Source: Ancylonema sp.
Lineage: Eukaryota
Direction: 5' to 3'
NCBI GenBank assembly: GCA_050230475.1
Contig: JBFLGF010000002.1
Coordinates: 124,001-174,433, forward strand
Length of the DNA stretch: 50,433 nucleotides
Part shown: positions 11,686 through 23,980 of the stretch, in pieces
How the letters are laid out: each line of letters begins with the position of its first letter
How positions within the stretch are numbered: the stretch's first letter is position 1
Notes under the pieces: model-generated
Seen by the model: only the letters and a program-made list of their open reading frames with translations
What the model was told of the DNA's origin: nothing
Database searches by the model: none
Program-made: the position numbers and the translations under genes

Positions 11686-13826
11686 TTATCTACGCAGTCG
11701 CACGTTGAGCATGATCTGCTCCTTCTCCCCCGGCAGTTCCACTCCCTGTGGCACCCTGAGGGGCACCTCATAATCTCCGATCACGTCCATGGTTTGTGAC
11801 ATCACTAGATTACCGGACCCCAACTCTATCCCCAATTGCCGTTGCACCTGCACTTCCACAGAATGGCAAACTCACGTGCCTTTCACACATACTCAGCGCA
11901 GGTGAGGGGCGCAAGAACCAAGAGAGAAAAAAGAAAGGGCACAACTACGTTGGATCGAAATATGCATAAATTCGGGCATTCGACCAAAGCCCGACAGCCA
12001 AAGCTTCCCCTTTCTTGTACGCAGTCCGTAAATACCTCACTCATCTGGAACAAAATAGATGGATCAAGAGCAGTGCTGTAAGCACCTCTTTTATGATGTC
12101 AGCAGCGCTAACAGGAGGGTCCACCACATTCGACTTCTTTGCCGTTGTCCTCCGACTGGACTGCACACAAGCACGCAGCAAGAAGCGATTCATATCGCTT
12201 TTCCACTCCCCAATCACCGCTGCAATCGTCTGGATCATATCCGCATCAGTCAAACGAATCACTTCTTCATCATCCACATTTGACAGCCCATATAACAAAC
12301 AAGCCTCCCACCCTTTCCTTTACGTTGGAGATGAATCTCACCAGTCTCCCCACATCCAGCCTCCGCATCACTTCTGCAGCTTCCCTGAAGATGTCCGCAT
12401 CAGAAGCAGGACCAGCACTGGCCTTTACAGCTGCTTTCTCCTTCTTGGCAGTCACAGTCCACCCTAGAGCCTGCCACGGCAGATCACCTTTTGTTTTTCA
12501 ACTCTTAGCATGTACCACGGAGGTTGACAACACATCCAAGTCCTCCCCATGAAAATTCTGGCCCACGGTCTATCCCAAAATGAAACCCGTTTCAGATCTG
12601 CTGCCATGCACACATCCCCTGCGTGAACAATTATGTGTCCTTCAGCTCCTTTTGATCCCCAGTTTTCCACACCTCTCGTTGGGCCTCCACCTCCTTCAAA
12701 TACTTGGGCACTGCTGGGAGAGCTAACTTCTGAGGCAGGAGCATGTTGCGAGCGAAGCCAGGAGGCACATTCACGACTGTACCAGGCTCACCCAACCCTT
12801 CGACTGGCTGCAAAGGGAAGCAAGATACTCAACACTCAACATTCAGTCTTTGCTTCACCACCATTAGAGGTGTGAAGAGAGACTATCTTCCAACTTGCTG
12901 AAGATCACAGTGAATCCTGAATAGGTGTAGACAGACATTGTCGCATCCTTCAAGCTCAATGCCCAGTTTGACCTCGCCTAGGTTTCTGATGAGCCGGGCA
13001 TGAATGAATCCCGAATACCAGAGATAAGCGTCACACGAACTTAAACTTGAAAATATGCCAGCAAACAGTATTTCTTTCTGAAGATTTTTATACTACTATT
13101 TCAAGATCCTTCTCGCCCACACAATTGCTGCTGTAAATATTGGAATGGAGTCCATGACAACTGGAACGAGGCGTGGAGGAAGGTTTTGATTGTGAAGTCA
13201 TGGCCCCTTGGCGGCAAATTCTCGGGATTCTGCTTATAATACAAGGGTTTGACACTTGGGTCGCCCAGTGGATAGCTTACGGCAATAAGGACAACAGATA
13301 CTTTGGCCTTGCTGGCTCGGAATTCCCGCGATGGTTGGAACCAATGAGCAAGCGAGCCAGAGAGCTGCAAGTGGAACAAGGGGCGCAGCGATGAATGGAC
13401 ATGAGGAAGTTGAACAAGTAATGCTGGTGCTACCCACTCGTGTTTCCTGTTACAGATGGACTACACGCGATCATTATTTTCAAAGGGACGTAATCGCATC
13501 GCTTTTGTAGTGGTAAAATTATTCACCAGGATTCGTAGGCAGAAAATCTTGCGTATTTCTTGACAGGGTTCCTGTACCTCGAACCTCTCAAGCAATAGGT
13601 ACAGGCATTTATGCAATTTATCCTCTTTTGATTGTGCAGCAGCACGTGATGTAAAATGACCAGCATGACATCAATTTTCCGAAACTTGAGGCTGCGTTAC
13701 ATATTTTATTTCTTTTTAGAATGTTGTGTAAATCTCCAGAACTGCGGAAGACATGATAAAATTATGGACCTGATTTGACGCGGGACGCAGGCACCTGGAG
13801 GCCGCCAAAATGCGGAATCTGACCAT
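11686..13826 (-). CDS. Ribosomal protein bL9, probably mitochondrial, copy 1
   Basis: Six phase-0 exons 13826-13770, 13364-13281, 12807-12673, 12470-12342, 12160-12086, 11847-11686 (213 aa). L9 N-domain VSVVLIAPVEGLGEPGTVVNVPPGFARNMLLPQKLA; C-domain VSAADIIKEVQRQLGIEL...IGDYEVPL; Arg-rich presequence-like MVRFRILAASRCLR. The first exon is the least certain. Confidence 0.88.
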
Positions 13827-13945
13827 GGAGACCGCAGACGCCAAATTGGGGAGGAGGGCGGCAAACAATGGCGGTGTGATTACGAGATACACTGGGAGTA
13901 CTGAGAGTAGCGTCGCCGAGTACATAGGCGGTCTGAAAATGGATG

Positions 13946-14430
13946 CAGTGAATACTCGTTATAGGCACGCCTTTGGGACATGGGAAATGTGCGCCTATAA
14001 CGTGGTTATGTCTGTAACCTGTATATGCGTTGTAGGCACGTTTGCTAGGTGGCCCTCAGGTCAGTTATGCCTGTAACGAGGGAAATCCAAAAAAAATCTC
14101 CCAGATCACGGGAACGGCATCTGTCATGTCGGTGTACTTTTTTTGTTATGCAATTTCGGCTTATTGGCCAATTGGCGCGTGAATAAGTACAGATTCATTA
14201 TGACCACTCTCATTGACGATGATGACGTTCGTCTTTTTTCCCCCCGGTTCCTAGTCGACGTCGGCACGTGTTATATAGGCACCAGATTATCCTTTACTCT
14301 GTGCCGATAATGTGGTGTGCTGGTGCCTATAACGAAGACAATTTGGCGGGAAATAGTTCGGTACACACGATTTTGGTGCCGATAACTCAACTGTGCCTAT
14401 AAAAAGTATGCCTATCACGAGCATTTACTG
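13946..14430. mobile_element. Tc1/mariner (pogo-like) MITE upstream of bL9
   Basis: Imperfect TIRs CAGTGAATACTCGTTATAGGCA / revcomp CAGTAAATGCTCGTGATAGGCA; TA on the right flank (TG on the left); many internal GTGCCTATAA/GTGCCGATAA motifs. Confidence 0.7.
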
Positions 14431-14548
14431 TATACCCTCAGGCAAAACGACGGCGGTTTCGTCACGTAGAACGACATGAAACTCGATAAAGCGGAAACAA
14501 CCCAACGTATCCGGTTCCCGCGGATATGACCCAAAAGAGAAAGCCCAA

Positions 14549-14674
14549 AAGCACGTTCTTGTCGAGATGGGATTTCCGTCGTTTTTCAATAATATGCAAT
14601 TCTCTTGAAAAGGGAGAAGAATTGTATAATATTGAAAAACGACGGGAACCCCATCTCATTCCAAGAGCGTGCTT
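14549..14674. mobile_element. Foldback/MITE-like hairpin element, absent from the diverged copy 3
   Basis: About 55-bp imperfect inverted arms (aagcacgttcttg..gagatggg..ccgtcgtttttcaata / tattgaaaaacgacgg..cccatctc..caagagcgtgctt) around a short loop; right arm recurs at 113-179. Confidence 0.75.
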
Positions 14675-14770
14675 GTAAAGAAACTACATGTCCTAAATAA
14701 CGACAAATATGTGAGCCGATCGTACCAGACAAAACTAGCAACCAAAAAGACTTATCCTCTGAGCGCTAAC

Positions 14771-17233
14771 GTTATGATTGATCCCAACAGGGACCCAACA
14801 GAACTGCTCCTAGTTTCATGTCGAGTTGGGACCCGAAAGTGAAAGCTACGGCCGTCCCAAGCGGGCCCCAATGAATTGTGCCAGGTCGCATGCGAGTTGG
14901 GACCCGACGAGCGCCACTTCTTGGGTCCCAACTCGACACGATTATTGAGCCCAAAAATGCGTCCCAAGCGGGTCCCAAGACGATCAAAGTGGATTCGTGG
15001 CCCAATCAAATTGGTTCACGAACCGTATGAAATCCGTATTGCCTCTACGCGGACGTGACCTGACCTACCCTGCTGCTATTGCTCCTTTGCTCCTTGGATT
15101 ATATTAATCCCCGCGGCTAATAACTCCTATGGTGAGTTTTATTCGAACTAACTTCCGTTTCGTCCAGCTTCAATACTTAGACAAAGATTCTGCCTAGTCC
15201 TACACTTTTGGAATTCAGACTTTATGGACTAATTTAGGCGTTATGCGTTTGGTCATATAAATGAATGTAGCTTGAGTCTTACTCAACAAATTGAAGGGCT
15301 TCATATTCCATTTTTCTTATTTGAACAGGAGCTTGTATCAGGCAAAAAACTCGGCGGTCTGATGTTGTGCTACTTGTCTACTCGTCTGTGTCGTAGCGTT
15401 AAGCATCGTGCCCCATTCACACATGTAATCCATTCGATATAACGAACATTGTTATTATGAGTATGAATCCCGTGCGAATTATGTGTCGTCTCATCACATG
15501 AAGTGTTCACATATGGAATCATGACCTAGTCGAGGTCCGCCACACACACGTGCGAGCTAATAAATAACATTGTACAAGCATCGCGCAAGTCTACCAAATG
15601 TCAAATATTATTTTCTAGTCTACCTATGGCAAGGCGTTGCCGTTGGTCTGAACGTAGAGTGTTCGAAACTTGTGAAAGGTATAAGATTGCAATGCACGAT
15701 CAAACGAGATCTGAATGAATTCACACAATCGAGAAATAACAGCCGAACACAATGAGAATTGGATGGAAGATGGTATTGAATTACTCAGCGGTTTCCGAGG
15801 AGTGATAAGACCGATTGAGGGCTGATCACTCAGGTTACAGAATTTATAAAACTCAGCTTAGCAAACTATGCTAGTTACAAGGAAGCTACCATTCCCGCCG
15901 TATCGACTTACGGCGCCGGCTCGGCGGTTTTAGCTAGCCGACTTACCAGTTTATCCAATCACAAACTAGCACACTAGGACAGGTGGTGCAACATGCTTTA
16001 CTCGAGCTGAGAAGATGTTAAACTAAGATACTGTAGTAGTGTCGTACGTGCACAGCTACTGACCAGTATCCGCATAAGTCACAAAATGGCCCTCCACGCC
16101 TTGTCGCCTTCCCGCAACTTAGATGCTACGGCGCCTTTAACGAGATGCGAATATTGCTAGTTGCTGACGGAGGAACTTGTACGCTGAGCTGAGCCGACAG
16201 TGGTCTGGTAACGCAGCTGTCAGTACAGTCCGTCCTTAGTGCCGCCAAATGTGCCGTAGGTGGCGGAACAATGATACCGTTCGGTCTAACTAAGGCCTTA
16301 AATCCCTTTTACGTCACTCATGACAAATCCGTCCAAGGGACACGTGTCACTTCAAAACATTTCGATAAGTAACCACGCGCATTCCGACTTTGAAATATAG
16401 TCGGGAATATCCGTACCCGTGCTACATCACCGAATAAGTGCATCCGCTATACAAGCACTTCTACCTAATAAGCGTTGTCAGCGTTATAAGCATCTCTGAG
16501 CATATAAGCACACTTCACCGTTTAGGCGTTTTCACCATATAGGTCCTCTCACCGTATAGACACACTTCTAATAAAGGCATTCTTACTTCATAGGCGCTTC
16601 TCACCGTATAATCGCTAATCCTCGTTATAAAGGCACACGATCTCATCTTGTCCGACATCTGCTTTTGTGCTACTCGTCTACTCGTCTGGAGCTGCTCTTG
16701 CTCTTGCTATGAGATCAATACGATTGGCTCAGCGTGTCCGATTCAGTGATGATCAAGGAGACCGTGATGCAATGTTGCGCCCAGATAGAAGAAAACGCGA
16801 GGCGTCGAAGCTGCAACTGGCTGGCTAGCTATATTGCATCAAAAAACTCTATAAAGCGTGCCTCACAGCACCGCTGCTTCCTTGCTTCATGCAGTCAGTC
16901 AGTCACGATACAACGTCTCGACACAGTGACGTCGACAACCGTACCCGGATAAAGGCAGGTCACCCAAACGTAAAATAAATAATTATGAACCCGTTAAGTC
17001 AAACCTTGGGAATAACCCGACAATATTCCCATATCAGAGTTGAGGTACGGAGGGGAAATTGACGCGCGAATTCGAGTCGAGTTAGTGTTGCTCGGGCCTG
17101 GTCATAACTTCAACAAAAAGGACTCGGACCCTGTTGGGACCGAACACCGACGTAGCGCCAATTACGCCAATTCTCGGTCCCAATAGGACAGGTTAACCTG
17201 TCGAGTTGGGATCCTGTTGGGACTAGTCATAAC
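14771..17233. mobile_element. Putative non-autonomous DNA-transposon remnant(s) bounded by 29-bp inverted repeats with subterminal GTTGGGACC/GGTCCCAAC motifs
   Basis: 14771-14799 matches the revcomp of 17205-17233 at 24/29; motif clusters at about 14820-14980 and 17130-17220. No TSD found, so these could be two separate fragments. Confidence 0.5.
15389..16657. mobile_element. Probable solo LTR (1269 bp), absent from copy 3
   Basis: Ends TGTCG...CGACA; flanked by TCTG on both sides within 31-bp imperfect direct repeats; the empty site is visible at about 45211-45243; degenerate ~18-bp tandem motifs at about 16445-16640. Confidence 0.7.
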
Positions 17234-17359
17234 AATTGCTCTGCCTGCTACACTTTTACTTGTACTGCTTTATTTTCTGGTGACGTCGGTGTTGACCGAT
17301 AGTTCAGGAAAAGGCATTCTGATTCCTGACAAGCCATCCCCCTGGCTTCCCGTTCCCGG

Positions 17360-20085
17360 ATGCTGATGCAGCGGGAGCTCCGCTGCACCCATCACGACAT
17401 GGATTCCTTCCTCAGCGGTCTGGGCATGGATAATCAGAATTTGTCGACTCCCAAAGGCGAGGCACGGGAGGGGCCGTCTGTTGAAGACTGGATTGCATCA
17501 CCGTATTCCGGTCCAGACCAACTCGCCCGTGTAGAAGCGTACAATGCCACTCTACTGGCTAGTCCCGCTTTTCGATTCGCGGCGGAGGGGGAGGGTCCGC
17601 CCGGGTTGTCACTTCCTCTTGACACCTGGCCCCCTCAAGAATTCGCTCATAGAGAGCCCGCGGGGTTTGTAGGAAATTCCACAAAGGCGATGTTTGGTAG
17701 TCAGTGGGGTTCTGAGGGAGGGAGACGGGAAGGTAGCGGGGCGGTTCCGAGTGGGGCAGGCATGGCCGATAGCATTTTCAGGAATGTCGGTTGCCAGCCT
17801 TCGATATTACACGACGGGGGCACACTACGAGGGTCTGCTTTCGGAGACGGAAGGAGCGACACCGTTGATGTGAAAGCTGTCAATCGTAGCCATTTGACTC
17901 AAAAGCGGTACCGGGAAAAGCAAAAGGTACTGTTTTGACAAATTCCGAGACCAACTCAGGACACATCCGTCTTTCGTACACGTTTCGGTCACCCGAATTT
18001 AGCTTAGCAGCATGCGTGTCCATGCCAGGTAATCAGGTGGATGAGAATGCAAGCTGACTCACGGATTCCGTTTTGTGCATTCCATGTGTTTGCAGGCAAA
18101 AACTGCAGACTTGGTGACGCGGGTGGAGCATTACGAGGTGAAAACGCAGGCCCTGCAAGATCAGAAGGCGGACCTGATCGGGCGGAACAAGATGCTGCTG
18201 GAGCTGCTACAGGAACGGGACACCCAAATCGCAGATTTGCAAGCGGGGCGGGGCATGCGCCCCGCTCATTCTCTCACTGCTCATCCTGCGGTACGCTCCG
18301 CTGTCAGAGTGTGGTAGCATGTGACATTAGGCATGTGACATGTGGCATGTGGCATGTGGCATGTCACGGGGCATTCCGGGATGGATTGTGGACAACATTA
18401 ATGTCCATAGCGACCTTGGTAGCAAGTGAGGTGGCTCCTTTGTGACTGGCCTCTACCTTCCTACTGATAGCAAGCCATTTGATTCCACCCACCCTATCCA
18501 TCCTTTGTGACTGGCCTCTACCTTCCTACTGATAGCAAGCCATTTGATTCCACCCACCATATCCAATGTGATGGGCAAATACATGAGCAACTGCCACCAA
18601 CTAAAATGGGGCTGCTGCACCTGATTAAAATGTAAAGACCCCGTCTATTATTGCCAGGCCCCTCTGCAGTACGGACTAACTGTCACCCCCTTTGCCTCCT
18701 GCAGTCACAGCCTGACCCTGACGGCACCTCCCACTCTGACGCCTCCCAGCAATCCCCAGCAGAGGGTCTGGCTGAGTCCCTCTCTGTGGCACTCACACTG
18801 ACTGTGGCTGACAAGCCCATCTGCTTGACGCAAGAGCAGGTGCGAGGGAAGGGGAGGTGGTCATATCCAACATAACACCTGCCTCGCTTCGCTCTACTTC
18901 TGCAAGCAGAGAGCAGCCACAGTGGCAGAAACAGATGGCAGAAATATCGACCGTTTTCTGTTTCTGTTTCTGCCGACTGAGGGTGGTGCAGATGAGGGCG
19001 ATGTCACCTGCGAACTTGGCGAAGTTCTGGAAGGAGTATGTGGCGAAACTTGCCCTCCTGCTAGTGGCTGCTGAGAACAAGGGCGCTCCAGACCACCTTT
19101 TACAGAGAGTGGATCAGCTGACGGAGGAGGCGCTGGCCATCATGACCTCCTTCTCTCACCCCAACCCCATTTCCACCAAACAATTCGTGTCTCAGAAAGT
19201 GGAGGAGGATCAGGGGATCTTTGCCAGGTCAGCAGGGGGGGCTCTATGGGTATCAGAAGTAGAGTTTTGGGAATGAAATTTTTGTATGCGTCATGCAGTG
19301 TGTGAAGCCACGCGTGCTTGTGCACCTGTGTGCCTATGCAAGATGTGCCTGAGGGGCAAAGAGGCGGGGGACAGCCTGTTTCACGAGACTAACCGCCACA
19401 CCTCATCCTCAACATCGCTTCAGACCCAACTTTATTCCATGTGAGGGGGGTACCAGGGAGGAGAGCCACGAGGCGTGGCTGCAGACGGCGGAAAGCCTGA
19501 GCCTCACCCCCGGGCAGCAGGCGGAGGTGAAGCAGCTCAGGGACACCTACCTGGGCGACATCGACGGGGTTCTTCTGCGGCGAGCAGAGGCTGTGAGGGA
19601 GCTGGTGGAGAGCGGGAGCCACCGAGTGAGCATGAGGAAGGCCGCACTCTTCTATCTCAAGGTGGGGGGAGGGTGGGGGCAAGGGTGGGTGGTGGGGAGT
19701 GCCGTCAACAAGCAGGTGTCGGTTTTGGGGTATGGCAGACCTGCACAGCGCAGGCGAGTATTCAGAAGTTGATGGAGGAGGAGGTGCTTCTCATCGTAGC
19801 GTTTGTGCGCAAACTTTTTGGGGAAGTAAGCCATACCACCCTCCAGCCCCCACCCTCTGACCTCCAGCCTCCACTCTCCATTCACCTCCCATCCGCCTTT
19901 GGGTGCTGCAGGTGCTGACACCTGTACAACGGGCTCGCTACATGGTGCAAGCCTACCCTTGGATCCCAGACCACTTGGCATTTGCTACGGCCGTGGCGGC
20001 GCTAGGGGGGGATGCGGAAGCCAGGCAGAGTCTGCAGATGCTGCACCGCGATTGGTCCATAGCGGCTGACAGCTCGAGCATGTGA
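17360..20085 (+). CDS. bZIP-domain transcription factor, chlorophyte type, copy 1
   Basis: Exons 17360-17926, 18096-18290, 18705-18839, 18992-19227, 19457-19661, 19739-19825, 19912-20085 join in frame (about 532 aa). Basic region RSHLTQKRYREKQKAK followed by heptads L-Y-L-L-L; C-terminal FWKEYVAKLALLL, LSLTPGQQ, LTPVQRARYMVQAYPWIPD. Start could be the Met at 17399. Confidence 0.85.
18317..18366. repeat. (GGCATGT)n-like microsatellite in bZIP intron 2
   Basis: gcatgtgacat..ggcatgtgacatgtggcatgtggcatgtggcatgtc; shorter in copy 3 (46710-46730). Confidence 0.7.
18436..18565. repeat. Tandem 65-bp duplication in bZIP intron 2; also at 33298-33427, absent from copy 3
   Basis: tcctttgtgactggcctctaccttcctactgatagcaagccatttgattccacccacc(c/a)tatcca occurs twice. 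Confidence 0.9.
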
Positions 20086-20518
20086 ATGAATGGCAGACGC
20101 GCGTCTGGGATTGAAAAACACACTTTCTTCATCCACGGCTGAGTTTAACGGTTTATATAGGTCAGCGCATATTTTGAGTGCTGTACTTGGCAGAAACAGC
20201 AAAGGGATGGGAATAGAGAGGGGCTGCTGATTTTTCTGACCTGTGCGCAAGAAGGTAAAATGAAATTCTTTTGACTCGAGGGATCTGTCTTTTGCATCAA
20301 CAACTTTTTTTGAGGTGAATTCGGGATAGGGGGGAGTACAAGAGGCAGGGTTACTTTCCCGGAACACAGCATGCGACTGAAGGAAATGTGCATCTGCGCG
20401 TCACCTTTACCTAGGGCCAGCTAGTGCATGGTGCTTATTCAGCCGAGACTCCACTCGGAGCCTCTGACGGCATTCTGAATGATCTTGGATATGGTGCCTT
20501 ATTACAGGCTGATTTATA

Positions 20519-20523
20519 TGTAA
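20519..20523 (+). promoter_or_regulatory. Putative TGTAA polyadenylation signal of the bZIP gene
   Basis: TGTAA about 430 nt after the stop; retained in all three copies. Confidence 0.4.
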
Positions 20524-21615
20524 ATCGTCCACATTAATGGAAAAAGAAGTGCTTACTGACCCCCCACACTAATCCCCTCTTGACAAGTCGACCGGACATA
20601 AGTGTTGTGATGGAAACAGTATATGTGTGATGGTACTTTCATACTTTGCTGATCATATCCACATTGCCGAGCGTGGCACTTCTATCCTAGTGATGTGATG
20701 GGATGGGATGTATGAGCACACAACACAATGAATTGTGTTGTATTCTTCAGTGGTTACTACACATGGTCCGTATACAACGAAAGCGGTGTGAAGGCCTTTG
20801 TTTTGTGTGAGTGTAGCTTGGCAACATTGGAGCAAAGGGGTACATTGCGAAGTTGCAATACACCCTTCCTTCTCGAAGTTTTTGGTGCAGGCCAGAAGTT
20901 ATTTTTGACACATGATTTCAAAAAGTTTCGATCTGGGACGCAATTTGACGTCGCACACTTAAACTGTTTAAAACACGTGTTAGAAGTGACGTATTTTCAT
21001 TTTCACTAATTTACAATATCAAGAAATACCTTCTAGACAAGCACATTTATATTGCGTGGCTGCCTTTAGACGCGCCAACAACGACGTTTTATGATTAGGG
21101 ACGTGTGCTAGTCTCACCAAACCCTTCCTGCGCTTAAAATCCGCATGTGGCCACCCGCGGTCTTACGTCCTTCCAAATTGGGTAGCCAGCTAGAGCTCAC
21201 CACCGCGATTTTGGGACCCTCAAGTTGCGGACTCAAACTACCCACGATGTCGATGGGTCATTCGAATACATTTTTATATGCCTGAATCACCAACGCCCAC
21301 TCACTCACACAATCGCAAAACATTGCAAATATTGGTTGACACAGGTGATTACGGAGCTCACTTCAGACACTGTAAGTCTGAAGGAAAAAATGGCTCGGTG
21401 CACATGAGGGAGCAAACGCAACTCCCTATTATGTAGACACAACATTATATCTGCTCATCGTGTCATTCAACGTTGCTAGCGCATCCCACGCTAAGACTAT
21501 GTAAACTAATGTTGGATTCCAAAATCATTAACCAATCATGATAGTAAAGTTTCATGGTGGGACCTCCGAAAGGTCAAATACACTAAATTCGTTTGCAAGT
21601 CGGAACACTGCGGAA

Positions 21616-23045
21616 ATGGAAGCTTGCTCGCTGCGCCCATTCCAATCGCGTCTCTACACAACCATCCAGCAGCAACTTTGTTCAGTGTCAAGGCGATCAT
21701 TTCGGGTGAGGAACCTTTCAACCGTAGCCATGGGTGTCGAGAAGGAAGTTGTACGCCCCGGCAATGGCCCGACGCCGGTGAAGGGACAGAAAGTGACAGT
21801 GCACTGCACAGGCTACGGTAAGTAAGTAAGAATGTCTAGCGAAGAGGATCCATTGTGTAGGATGATTCGTCCACATTCATTTGTCTAAAAGTATCAATAT
21901 CAGGTTCTGATAGGGTGTTTGAAAGGAGTGCAACACACCACTGCAGCTGCCAGGAGAGAAAGTCTAAAAGATCACCGCTTTGCACAAGTGACACCTGCAT
22001 GATATGTGACTCGATAATGCTTCAAGATCTATATTCCAATGGCTGAAAAATATATAATCCTTTGTGCAGGCAAGAACCGGGATCTTTCAAAGAAATTTTG
22101 GAGGTAACGCAATCTTATATTTTTTACTACTTGGAGAACGGTGTTGAGAACCCATCAAAAAAATCTTTTTGTGAAGCAACATAATGTGCCATTGTTGGAT
22201 GTGCTATTGGCTGGCTGTTTGGTTCTATGCTGCCGCAGCAGTGGTGTAACGTAGGACCAAATCCCTTTCTTCTCCTGCCGGTAATTTCTCGTTCTTCGTC
22301 TTTCTTTTGACTTCATCACAGAATCTCAACATTTTCGTTTGACTATATTTTTTCACTAGTGGCAAAAGCCCCTGTCTCAAATTAAAACTTTATCGCCTGT
22401 TCAGCACCAAGGATCCGGGACAGAAGCCCTTCGAGTTCAATGTCGGACTGGGCAGCGTCATCAAGGGTAAGACGACCTGAAAACTGCCTCACTGTATCCA
22501 CACATGAATTCTCAAATCATCATTTCATCATCACTACGTGTACTTTCTGTGTGTGGTATAGTCTGCACTGCGCGCCAATGTAACAATCCTATGATGACTT
22601 CTCGATCTGATATGATTCGTCCCTGTGAGGTGCAGGTTGGGATGAGGGTGTCCTGGGCATGAAACTTGGAGAAGTTGCCAAACTCAAGGTGGGGAAAAGG
22701 TGGTGGTGGAGTTATGCATTGTTAACACGTCATGTGACCATCAGAAGGGGTTGGTTGGTTGTGGCAGAAAGGGACTCACCAATGTTAGGCATCTCTTTTG
22801 CATGGAAGTCTGTGCGGCCAGGTGTAACAAGTCTCGACATGAGTGACGATTATTGTCATCCGAGTACAGGTTGTGTGCGACACTTTTTGAAGCAGATCAT
22901 TTTTTTGTCCTTGATTGGTTCATTGTGCGATACGTGGGTGCAGTGTACACCTGACTATGCTTATGGTGCGGGAGGCTTTCCAGCCTGGGGAATTCAACCA
23001 AACTCACACTTGACCTTTGAAATTGAGGTTCTTAAAATAGAGTAG
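21616..23045 (+). CDS. FKBP12: FKBP12, copy 2
   Basis: Exons 21730(or 21616)-21817, 22070-22103, 22405-22466, 22636-22688, 22944-23045; identical to copy 1, but native upstream sequence stops 31 bp before the first ATG. Confidence 0.93.
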
Positions 23046-23980
23046 AGATGGCTGCCTTCTAGCCTGTGAATGACGGAAAGAAATGTCAGTGTCTCATACA
23101 AAAGCCGTAAACTTTTCTCAACAAGTTCATCTACAATGCCGCCTTGCTGCAGGACTGCGTCCATTCTATGTACACTTGCAGACATGGACTACAATATGTT
23201 TGTAGTTCTCGATTGATGTGCTGCTGGTATTGACTTTGAAGAAGTCATCCCATTCAAATAAAAGAACAGTTGTCGGCAGCATCAGAATCAATACCAGGTG
23301 CACTCTGGAAATGGCTGTAGTGAGAATATTGTCCTTACATGCGACGTACGATATGGTGTGATGTATCATGCCTGTTGCATCATCGCTTATTCATACTGAA
23401 GGTACTTGTAGTGACCAGAAGAGACAATCTTTGAGAAATTTTCCATTAGATTGGTTGCTGACTGGTGTTTTGTTTTTTTCAATGAAGTTTGTTTTTCGTG
23501 CCGACAGCCAAAAATTAAGGACAAGCTACAAATGTGAAGCATGAACAAGAGTTGCCAAATGCCTTCCGATTTGATGGTGTTCCTTGGCCAGTAGAACTAT
23601 GAAGACAGTGAGTGCATCCAACACCCCTTCATGATTAGCATGGAGTACACTGTCGGGATATATTTTTGAAGTTGATGGTTAAGGAGAACATACAAACATG
23701 TTCCAGCGCAGTTTGTCTGAGTCAATTATTATGCGCGACATGGTCCATCTCTATTTCCAATGTCTACATTTCAGACAGAGTTGTAGACAATAGTCGGTGC
23801 AGACAGTAGCTGAAATCAACGGCACGTCACGTGCAACAGGTGATACAAAATTTCATGGATATTACATGCACTAATGCCCGACCAGAACCCCTCAGCTTTC
23901 CGTGATTGCTATACACTAACTGGTAAGTAATTGTTTGGAAAATGCAGCAGGGATACACTACCCAAATTGACACGCATTTA

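Larger units (their letters stand above)
6723..20769 (+). repeat. Segmental duplication core B, copy 1 (14,047 bp)
   Basis: All ORFs recur with identical translations at +14862; no differences seen in spot checks. Confidence 0.95.

Noticed and set aside
14820..14980. Spaced GTTGGGACCC motifs resembling a CRISPR or iteron array
   Set aside because: Short, in both orientations, irregularly spaced and in a eukaryotic context; fits transposon subterminal repeats.
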